From a virus (Duplodnaviria > Heunggongvirae > Uroviricota > Caudoviricetes), in the IMG/VR virus record IMGVR_UViG_2563366903_000007, positions 1-7,547 of that record: DNA of 7,547 nt; one strand, given 5' to 3'. How positions within the stretch are numbered: position 1 is the first letter of the stretch; each line of letters begins with the position of its first letter. Of the stretch, positions 1-6,282 are shown piece after piece. The position numbers were made by a program, and so were the translations under genes. The notes beneath the pieces are model-generated. The model was not told the DNA's origin and searched no databases. It worked only from the letters and a program-made list of their open reading frames with translations.

Positions 1-374
1 GTGGTCTCCACCAGTGACTGCACCCCGAAGGTAACCCGCAGGCGGTCAATGTTCGCGGACGTAATGGTGCGCGTCACCGGCTTTGCCTTCGTCACCTCCA
101 CGCCCAGTGCGGTTTCCGCCCCGGAGGACTCAAAGCCTTCCGGCGGTGTCTGCTCCTGCTCCCCGGCACGCCAGACGGCGGTCACACCGTGTATCACGGG
201 ATTACCGTCCGTGTCCGTAAGCGGGGTTTTGTTCACCAGAATACTCTGCAGTCCCTTCACCGGACCTTCCACCGGTCCCTCACCAATGGCATCAATCACA
301 CTCATCATCTGCGTGGATTTGAGATTATCCTTCGCCTCACGCGGTGTGTGCCCCTTGCCGCCCCCTTTACCCAC
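1..374 (-). CDS. J: Host specificity / central tail fibre protein J, N-terminal 124 codons only; gene continues past the window start
   Basis: Reverse-strand translation from GTG (complement of 372..374) gives MGKGGGKGHTPREAKDNLKSTQMMSVIDAIGEGPVEGPVKG...TRTITSANIDRLRVTFGVQSLVET, near-identical in pattern to the remembered lambda gpJ N-terminus (MGKGSSKGHTPREAKDNLKSTQLLSVIDAISEGPIEGPVDG...TSANIDRLRFTFGVQALVETT). AGGAGAGGGGGA Shine-Dalgarno lies just upstream. Missed by the ORF track because it runs off the window edge. Confidence 0.9.
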   Translation of the reverse strand, partial: MGKGGGKGHTPREAKDNLKSTQMMSVIDAIGEGPVEGPVKGLQSILVNKTPLTDTDGNPVIHGVTAVWRAGEQEQTPPEGFESSGAETALGVEVTKAKPVTRTITSANIDRLRVTFGVQSLVET

Positions 375-417
375 TCTGTCCCCCTCTCCTGTCTGATGTC
401 TGAATCTGTTTATGCCC

Positions 418-448
418 AAAAAACAACAGGCACCCCGGAGGATGCCTG
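418..448 (-). terminator. Candidate rho-independent terminator on the tail-operon strand, between the small ORF and J
   Basis: Minus-strand RNA reads CAGGCAUCC-UCCG-GGGUGCCUG (about 9-bp stem with one G.U pair, 4-nt loop; plus 427..448) followed immediately by UUGUUUUUU (plus 418..426). Hand-folded, no energy calculation. Confidence 0.5.
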
Positions 449-450
449 TA

Positions 451-546
451 TCATGACTGAATAAAAATTCTGAATATCTTCACATTTTCACACACTGACT
501 GTGGCGCGTATAATTTCGCTGCGTTAGTGTTTTTTTGCCGTGACAT
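451..546 (-). CDS. Hypothetical 31-aa small protein (MSRQKNTNAAKLYAPQSVCENVKIFRIFIQS); candidate moron ORF
   Basis: ATG at complement of 544..546 preceded by AAGGAG (complement of 557..562, 10-nt spacer); TGA stop at 451..453 sits 2 nt before the minus-strand terminator hairpin. Below the ORF-track length cutoff. No similarity to anything I recognise; coding status unproven. Confidence 0.3.
   Translation of the reverse strand: MSRQKNTNAAKLYAPQSVCENVKIFRIFIQS
461..514 (+). promoter_or_regulatory. Candidate sigma70 promoter on the plus strand (antisense to the tail operon)
   Basis: Perfect -10 TATAAT at 509..514; -35 TTCACA at 487..492 (4 of 6 consensus, 16-bp spacer); A/T-rich UP-like tract AATAAAAATT at 461..470. 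Predicted transcription start near 521. Confidence 0.45.
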
Positions 547-621
547 AAAAAAACAACTCCTTAACACTAATCTTCATTTGTCTGAATCTCCCGCAGCTCC
601 GCAACTCTGCGGGATTTTTTT
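521..621 (+). ncRNA. Candidate ~100-nt small RNA, antisense to the I-J intercistronic region and to the start region of the 31-codon ORF
   Basis: Bounded by the promoter above and the plus-strand terminator below; contains no ATG-initiated ORF. Predicted 5' A/U stem-loop (GUUUUUUU 529..536 pairing with AAAAAAAC 547..554), a central C/A-rich single-stranded stretch AACAACUCCUUAACACUAAUC, and a 3' terminator hairpin with U-tail, which is typical Hfq-type sRNA architecture. Not verified against Rfam. Confidence 0.35.
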
Positions 622-622
622 A
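589..622 (+). terminator. Rho-independent terminator on the plus strand, 8 nt from the stop codon of I
   Basis: CCCGCAG (590..596) / 10-nt loop / CUGCGGG (607..613) followed by AUUUUUUUA (614..622). On the minus strand the hairpin is preceded, not followed, by the homopolymer run, so it is orientation-specific for plus-strand transcripts. Confidence 0.6.
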
Positions 623-628
623 TGCCGT

Positions 629-1309
629 TTACCCCTGCCGCCCGATAACCACGACCCTTCCGCCCCCGCCTTCATCACGGGTGCTGATGTCCTGAGAGAT
701 ACGTCGTGAACCAACCAGCATTTCCCCGTAAGGCACCGGCATCGGGTTACCCTGGGCAATCATGTTGTCCAGCGAGGAAAAGTACGTGTTCTGTTTACCG
801 TTATCCGTTGCCCTGTATTCCGGTGTTTTTGCCTTCGGGGCCAGCATCTGTGCCACACCGCCCAGTATCATGCTGGCTCCAAGTGAAAACAGCATCGTGG
901 TAGCAGAAAAACCACCGGCTGCCAGGGCTGAACCCCATAACGCCATTGATGCTCCTGCAGTGAAGAAAGACCCCACAATGGCAGCTGCCCCCAGCACAAT
1001 CTGTAGTCCGCCCTTTCCGGCACCGGCCAGTCGCGGCACAATATGGATAACCGTTCCCTCACCCAGTGGTTCGTGAAGGCGGGCATACACCGCCTCCGGT
1101 GCCGTATCCTCACCGGCAATACGTATCTGGTACCAGCCTTCGTTCATCTGACGGCGAAAGCCCGGCATCTGCATCGACAGGGCGCGGATGGCTTCCGCTG
1201 CCGTGTTCACATACAGGCTGAGGCGGCGGCCAAATCGTTGTAAATCCCCGTGAAGGCAGATGCGTGCCAGTGGCGGTGACGCCAGACAGAATGCGTTCGT
1301 CGTTGCCAT
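629..1309 (-). CDS. I: Tail tip assembly protein I (226 aa)
   Basis: Translation MATTNAFCLASPPLARICLHGDLQRFGRRLSL...NGKQNTYFSSLDNMIAQGNPMPVPYGEMLVGSRRISQDIS matches the remembered lambda gpI pattern (ARICLYGDLQRFGRR..., NGKQNTYFSSLDNM...). Position between K and J and the 103-nt overlap with K are as I recall for lambda. GGGAGAGG Shine-Dalgarno upstream of the ATG. Confidence 0.93.
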   Translation of the reverse strand: MATTNAFCLASPPLARICLHGDLQRFGRRLSLYVNTAAEAIRALSMQMPGFRRQMNEGWYQIRIAGEDTAPEAVYARLHEPLGEGTVIHIVPRLAGAGKGGLQIVLGAAAIVGSFFTAGASMALWGSALAAGGFSATTMLFSLGASMILGGVAQMLAPKAKTPEYRATDNGKQNTYFSSLDNMIAQGNPMPVPYGEMLVGSRRISQDISTRDEGGGGRVVVIGRQG

Positions 1310-1950
1310 TTTTCGGAATACCTCTCCCGTTTACTCAGTTGTTCAGGAATATGGTGCAGCAGCTCGCCATCACCACAGTAAATGGCGGCATGATTCGGCA
1401 CCGATGAACCAAAACAGCACAGCAGCACATCGCCCGGTTGTGCTGATGACAACGGCACCTGATACAGCCCTGTGGCCTCCAGATTATCCAGGTACAGGTT
1501 CTGGCCGTTGCGCCACCAGTCATCCTCGCGATGAAAATCCGGCATTTCAGTCCCCGCCAGATGATAAGCATCCCGGAACAGCGTGTAACAGTCCGTCACC
1601 CCGTGCGCAAAGCGCCGTCCTGTCAGATGTGGCACACAGCGGAATTTGTGAATGTCACCCCGGCAGACCAGCCACCAGGGCAGGGCACTTTTTATCTGCA
1701 GCCGCCGGTCAGCCTCGCTCAGCCAGGGCAGCCCACCGGGATGACTGTGGACCAGTGCCACAATCTCCCCCTGCATCTCTGCCCGCAGCCAGTCTTCCGG
1801 TGCGATACGAAAATACGCCTCCGGCTCTGCGGAAATATTCACACAAGGGATATACCGCTCCCCCTCCGGCGTGCTTATCACGAAGCCGCACGACTCCGCA
1901 GGCGCACACCGCCGGGCATGCGCCAGAATCGCTGATTCAGTCTGTGTCAT
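1207..1950 (-). CDS. K: Tail tip assembly protein K (247 aa), MPN/JAMM-like N-terminal domain plus NlpC/P60-like C-terminal region
   Basis: Contains HSHPGG (JAMM HxH motif) at residues 68..73 and a Cys (VTDCYTLF) and His (NHAAIYCGDGELLHH) spaced as in NlpC/P60 peptidases. Synteny L-K-I. Start taken as the ATG 10 nt after the L stop, which gives a complete MPN domain; the first 87 codons of the longer track ORF 1207..2211 overlap L out of frame and are rejected. The lambda annotation I recall is 199 aa, so the exact start is uncertain. Confidence 0.85.
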   Translation of the reverse strand: MTQTESAILAHARRCAPAESCGFVISTPEGERYIPCVNISAEPEAYFRIAPEDWLRAEMQGEIVALVHSHPGGLPWLSEADRRLQIKSALPWWLVCRGDIHKFRCVPHLTGRRFAHGVTDCYTLFRDAYHLAGTEMPDFHREDDWWRNGQNLYLDNLEATGLYQVPLSSAQPGDVLLCCFGSSVPNHAAIYCGDGELLHHIPEQLSKRERYSEKWQRRTHSVWRHRHWHASAFTGIYNDLAAASACM

Positions 1951-1960
1951 AAACCGGGAT

Positions 1961-2659
1961 TTACTGCGAAAGTTTATTAATGGAAAGGAAACCACCAAAA
2001 TTGCCGACATTCCTGCGCAGTTCACACCCGCGCATGCACTTGCTGCATCTGTCCTTACGGATATCCGTGGTGGGTTTATCGAACTCATCCGCCACAGCCC
2101 CGCCCGTGTAACCACACTCATCAGAGCGGTAGGTCCACATACAGGTGTTCGCCAGCATGATACGACCGGGAAACAGCGCCCCGTCCGTCTCCGTCGGTGT
2201 GGCCAGCACAAACGAGGCCGTCATGGCTGTCAGCTGCGACATCTGCTCCACCACCCAGCGGTCACTCAGCTCCTGCTCCGGGTCCGCTTCCGGATTGCCC
2301 GCAACGAAATTCACCGCATCCAGAAAACGGGCATACACCCGGCGGCGGACCACCGTGGCCCCCACCAGACTCTGCAGGTCTTCCGCCATCCCGGTGACAA
2401 GGCCAAACAGATTGGACACCGTCAGCAACGGTCTGGCACTGCTGCCCTTCCCGCTCATCTCAAAACCGCTGCCGTCAATCGGGTATGCCTGATATTGCCG
2501 CCCCTGCCAGGTGACCGGCTCCCCTTTTTCATTCAGCTCATTACAGAAAAAATACCGCTCACCGCCCTGTACCGTCAGGTCGATTTCCCAGAGCACCACC
2601 CGCGGTGACTGCTCTGACTTAACCGACTCGTTCAGACTTTCTTCGTGAATATCCTGCAT
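1961..2659 (-). CDS. L: Minor tail protein L (232 aa)
   Basis: Same length as lambda gpL and near-identical motifs from memory (VVLWEIDLT, GERYFFCNE.NEKGEPVTWQGRQYQ, GRIMLANTC.WTYR.DECGY.G, VGNFGGFLSINKLSQ). C-terminal four-cysteine cluster retained. ATGA start/stop overlap with M. Confidence 0.93.
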   Translation of the reverse strand: MQDIHEESLNESVKSEQSPRVVLWEIDLTVQGGERYFFCNELNEKGEPVTWQGRQYQAYPIDGSGFEMSGKGSSARPLLTVSNLFGLVTGMAEDLQSLVGATVVRRRVYARFLDAVNFVAGNPEADPEQELSDRWVVEQMSQLTAMTASFVLATPTETDGALFPGRIMLANTCMWTYRSDECGYTGGAVADEFDKPTTDIRKDRCSKCMRGCELRRNVGNFGGFLSINKLSQ

Positions 2660-3000
2660 CAGTTCACCACCTGCTCAATCGTACAACTGAAATCACTGTA
2701 CCTGGCGTTATCTGTGACGCTCCACTCCCGGCACACCACCCTCACCGTCCGGTTATGTTTCGGTGGTCGCCACAAAAAGGCACGGTAACCACCATGCCAC
2801 GATAAAAATTCATCCAGCCAGCGCCGGGTTGGTTCATCCGTCACCCGGAACACCGCCTGAAACGTCTTCAGTCTGGCATTAAGTCCCGTCGGTCGGCGCT
2901 GTTCATAACCGTCACCAAACCGAACCCTCACCACCGACGGTTTCTCACTCACCTGCATCCCTTCACGCGGGACCAGATGCAGCGTTTTTATCTCAGCCAC
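2659..3000 (-). CDS. M: Minor tail protein M (113 aa)
   Basis: Translation contains VRFGDGYEQRRPTGLNARLKTF...FLWRPP...IEQVVN, matching the remembered lambda gpM (VRKVRFGDGYSQ...FEQVVN). GTG start overlapping the end of H; 1-nt overlap with the L start. Confidence 0.92.
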   Translation of the reverse strand: MAEIKTLHLVPREGMQVSEKPSVVRVRFGDGYEQRRPTGLNARLKTFQAVFRVTDEPTRRWLDEFLSWHGGYRAFLWRPPKHNRTVRVVCREWSVTDNARYSDFSCTIEQVVN

Positions 3001-6000
3001 TCAGCATTCCTCCGTCACGTCGCATGGACAGCATCACCGCCTGCACCCGCTGGTCAATCAGCTGCACAAGACTGCCTGCCGCCTCCGGCCCTATCTGTCC
3101 GTTAGCGCCGTCATTCTGAATGGCGATGTGGTAGACCGGGGAATACACCAGACCGGCACTGCCGTTCATACTGCCCACCGCGCGTACGCCCAGCGAGCCA
3201 TCCGCCGCCCGGGTCAGGGGCATAATGGCTTCAGGTCCGGCTTCCCCCATCAGCCCGGCCCCTTTTGCAAACGCAAAGTACGTGGGCGTGTCCACAATGC
3301 TGTTGCTGTACGCACTCAGGTTTGCCGAGGTATACACGCCGCCTTTTGCATTGGCCACCGCACCGCCCAGCCAGTCACCAATACTGCCAATAAATCCTCC
3401 CGCACCGGACATACCATTTGCCGCCGTCTTAATTCCGTTGACAATCGCGGCATTCATAAGAACTTTTGAGATTTCCTGCAGCACTGATGAGGCCCAGTTG
3501 CGCCATTCCACTTTATTCCCGTTCAGCATCTCCGTGATGTTATTCACCATCCCTGAGATACCCTCCGTCGCAAGCTGTGCTGCCTGTGAGGCGTAATCGG
3601 ACGCATTATCCACCCAGTTACTGAGCCCCTCCTGCAAGCCTTTCTGCCAGTCCGCACGCTGCGCATCCGATTCGGCATAAAAGGCTGCCTGGTCCTTAAG
3701 GCGTTCGCTCAGATACTGCGCGTTCTGTGCCCGTGCCTGTCTGTAAAAATCCTCACTGATATCCCCGGTCTGATACTGAGACTGAAGGTCCGCATCCTTC
3801 TGGCGGAAGCTGTCGCGGATCTGCTGCAACTCCCGCATGCGTTCCCTGGCTCGTTCTCCCTGCCCGTATCCCAGCAGTTCGGCTTCATTTGATGCACGCG
3901 CAGCCACATTATCATTCTTCAGGGTCTCTTCCCGGGATCGCAACTGTTCCCGGATTTTTTGCTGGTCAATCAGGGCCGCGTTACGCAGCAGTTCCTGCTT
4001 CTGCATCTCCGTCAGGGTTTTCAGTTCGCCCTGCGCAGTCTGGTACTTCAGCTTCGCCAGCTCTGTATTCTGACCCGCCAGTGCCAGTTGCTCTTTCTGC
4101 TGCTTCAGTAGCCGGGAGAAACTGTCTTCCGCTTTTTCCGTCTCTGATTTTCCACCCCGGGATTTAGGTTTGTTCGCCTCGTTATTACGCCAGGCTTCCA
4201 GAGCATTACTGATATAACGCTGTCTCGCCTCCTGATACGAATCCCCCACAAAACCAAGGTCATCCGCCGCATACCCCAGCCGGGCACGCTCTTTTTCCTC
4301 CCCCTTCAGTCGGGACAGGGCCAGCTCACGTTCTGTTTTTGTCAGGGCGCTCTGCTGTTTATCATCCAGGGTGGCCTGCGGCAGCCGTAACGGTACATTC
4401 ACCAGTCCCTGACGCTGCTGAAGCAGTTCATTCCCCAGCCCCAGCAGACGGTTGAATTCCGTATGCTGACCGTTCATAACCAGCATGGACTGGTACACCT
4501 TATTCTGCTCTGCCGCCTGCTGACGAATTAACGCCACACGACGGTCTTCCAGCCCGGCAAGCACATCCTGAATGGACTGCGCTTTTTCCTGCATCTGTGC
4601 CAGACGGGACTGCTCAACGGCAAGCTGCTCTGTTGCCTGAGAAAGCCCTTCCGTTACGGTCTTCACCGATGTCAGATGGTTTATCATGAATCCGTCACCG
4701 GTTGTCCAGCCAGGGTTAGCCAGAACATACTGATATCCAGCGATTTTTTCCTGCAGGGATTTCACCCGGCTGGCCTGTTCATCAATCAGCCGGTTCTGCT
4801 CTGCCAGAGCCGCCCGTGTTCGTCCTTCATTATCTGAGGCTTCAGGCAAAGACATTGACGGCGTTTTATGCGCGATTTCATCTATCGTCAGTGCATACTG
4901 GCGCGCTGACTCCCTGGCCTGCTCCTGATTCTGGTACAGCGTATACCATGCTGCTGCCCCCAGCATCACCAGTCCGGGTACGCCACCAACCAGTCCCAAC
5001 GCACCAGTCATCAGACGTGAGCCCACCGCCGTTGTACTGTTCAGCGCATTCTGGGCTGCGGTTCTGGCAGCAATATTTCTGTTCAGGCGTTCCTGTGTGG
5101 CCACCAGACGGGCTTCTGCAGCAATCTGCATCTCCGTCCCGCGGGCTGCCGCCACAGCCTGCTGTGCACGGTACACGGCTGCCCTTGCCCGCGCCGTGGC
5201 AATCTGCGTCCCCCTGAGCTGTGCTTCCGCCAGTGCCACTTCATTACGTGCTGCCGTCACAAGTCCTGCCGTGGCAGACACCGCTCCGGAGGCCATATTG
5301 CCAAAGTACCGGGCAACCCCGACGGCAACCAGCGCCCCCGCGGCTGTTGCCACATTATCAATATTACCGGCAACACCGTTCAGCACGCCGGAGAGCGTTT
5401 TTGTCACCCCGCTGGCCTCATTCGCGCCACCCACCCAGGCCATAAAGGCGTTTTCCACCTTTGTGATACTACCGGAAACCGTTTCCGGCATGGCCGCATA
5501 TTCATCACGCAATACCCCCAGCTGGCTGATTAACGCAGGGACCACTTTATCCGCTGTCAGTTTTCCGTCATCCGCCATTGCCTTCAGATCTTTACGGGCC
5601 ACACCCATCCCCGCAGCAAGCGCGCGGATCACCCGGTCGCCATTTTCGTTAACAGCATTAAATTCTTCGCCACGCAGTACACCCTGTGCCAGTGCCTGGC
5701 TGAGCTGGGTGATCACCGAACCGGATTCCGCAACTCCAGCCCCTGACAGTTTCAGTCCTGTCGAAATGGCCTCCGTCACCTTCAGCACATCATCAGCACT
5801 GTAACCATATTCACGCATTGAGGCTGCCGAGCGGGCAAACAGGGCCGCATTATCTGAAAATGCCGTGCCCGTCCGCTGGCTGATATCCATCAGCACTTTC
5901 TGTGATGACGAAAATTCATCGGATGACTGCGACGCCTGTTTCAGTCGGGCATTCACGGAACTCCATTCATCGGCCAGAGAAATCAGGTGCCCGGTGGCAA

Positions 6001-6235
6001 AGGCACCTGCAAATGCCCCCGCCGTTCCGGCAACTGAAGCGCGGATTTCCGTCAACTGGCTGTTCAGCTCAGCCAGGGCGCGTCGCTGCTCCCGGGCGAC
6101 TGCGGCAGCCTGACGCCCGCCATTCTGCAGGGTCCGGTAATATTCACTGCCCATGCGGGAAGCCCGCTGGATCTCCGACTGGAATGACTGCGAATTTGCC
6201 GAAATTTTGATAATCAGTTCACGTAACGTCGCCAT
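2993..6235 (-). CDS. H: Tail tape measure protein H (1080 aa)
   Basis: Largest ORF, located between G-T and M. Typical tape-measure composition: long Ala/Gln/Glu/Arg-rich coiled-coil regions, a hydrophobic Gly-rich segment (LMTGALGLVGGVPGLVMLGAAAWY), and a C-terminal region (TPTYFAFAKGAGLMGEAGPEAIMPL) resembling the lambda gpH C-terminus as I recall it. GGAGAAAGG Shine-Dalgarno before the ATG at 6233..6235. Confidence 0.95.
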   Translation of the reverse strand: MATLRELIIKISANSQSFQSEIQRASRMGSEYYRTLQNGGRQAAAVAREQRRALAELNSQLTEIRASVAGTAGAFAGAFATGHLISLADEWSSVNARLKQASQSSDEFSSSQKVLMDISQRTGTAFSDNAALFARSAASMREYGYSADDVLKVTEAISTGLKLSGAGVAESGSVITQLSQALAQGVLRGEEFNAVNENGDRVIRALAAGMGVARKDLKAMADDGKLTADKVVPALISQLGVLRDEYAAMPETVSGSITKVENAFMAWVGGANEASGVTKTLSGVLNGVAGNIDNVATAAGALVAVGVARYFGNMASGAVSATAGLVTAARNEVALAEAQLRGTQIATARARAAVYRAQQAVAAARGTEMQIAAEARLVATQERLNRNIAARTAAQNALNSTTAVGSRLMTGALGLVGGVPGLVMLGAAAWYTLYQNQEQARESARQYALTIDEIAHKTPSMSLPEASDNEGRTRAALAEQNRLIDEQASRVKSLQEKIAGYQYVLANPGWTTGDGFMINHLTSVKTVTEGLSQATEQLAVEQSRLAQMQEKAQSIQDVLAGLEDRRVALIRQQAAEQNKVYQSMLVMNGQHTEFNRLLGLGNELLQQRQGLVNVPLRLPQATLDDKQQSALTKTERELALSRLKGEEKERARLGYAADDLGFVGDSYQEARQRYISNALEAWRNNEANKPKSRGGKSETEKAEDSFSRLLKQQKEQLALAGQNTELAKLKYQTAQGELKTLTEMQKQELLRNAALIDQQKIREQLRSREETLKNDNVAARASNEAELLGYGQGERARERMRELQQIRDSFRQKDADLQSQYQTGDISEDFYRQARAQNAQYLSERLKDQAAFYAESDAQRADWQKGLQEGLSNWVDNASDYASQAAQLATEGISGMVNNITEMLNGNKVEWRNWASSVLQEISKVLMNAAIVNGIKTAANGMSGAGGFIGSIGDWLGGAVANAKGGVYTSANLSAYSNSIVDTPTYFAFAKGAGLMGEAGPEAIMPLTRAADGSLGVRAVGSMNGSAGLVYSPVYHIAIQNDGANGQIGPEAAGSLVQLIDQRVQAVMLSMRRDGGMLSG

Positions 6236-6251
6236 TCACCTTTCTCCGGGC

Positions 6252-6275
6252 GTAAAAAAACCGCCTCAGCGGTTC
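6252..6275 (-). terminator. Weak terminator-like hairpin with U-tract in the T-H intergenic space
   Basis: Minus-strand RNA AACCGC-UGAG-GCGGUU (6-bp stem, 4-nt loop) followed by a run of U, lying between the T stop (6283..6285) and the H ribosome-binding site. Short stem, so probably at most partial termination. Confidence 0.3.
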
Positions 6276-6282
6276 TCATCAT

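Noticed and set aside
427-448. Inverted repeat CAGGCACCC/GGATGCCTG as a possible protein-binding operator
   Set aside because: The following U-tract on the minus strand makes an intrinsic terminator the simpler explanation. A DNA-binding role cannot be excluded but has no support.
1-464. Plus-strand ORFs 1..396 (131 aa) and 189..464 (91 aa)
   Set aside because: They lie antisense to the clearly homologous N-terminus of J. Their composition (Pro/Ser/Thr/Arg-rich) is typical of shadow frames in GC-rich coding DNA and they have no ribosome-binding sites.
527-709. Plus-strand ORF of 60 aa starting at GTG 527
   Set aside because: It reads straight through the plus-strand terminator hairpin and into the antisense of I, with no ribosome-binding site. 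The region is better explained as a non-coding transcript ending at about 621.
574-1119. Minus-strand ORFs 574..759 (61 aa) and 868..1119 (83 aa)
   Set aside because: They are alternative frames overlapping I or the I-J spacer, with no start context, and one spans the terminator hairpin.
1951-2211. 5' extension of the K reading frame (track ORF 1207..2211, 334 aa)
   Set aside because: The first 87 codons overlap the 3' part of L in another frame and carry no recognisable domain. The MPN domain begins at the ATG at 1948..1950.
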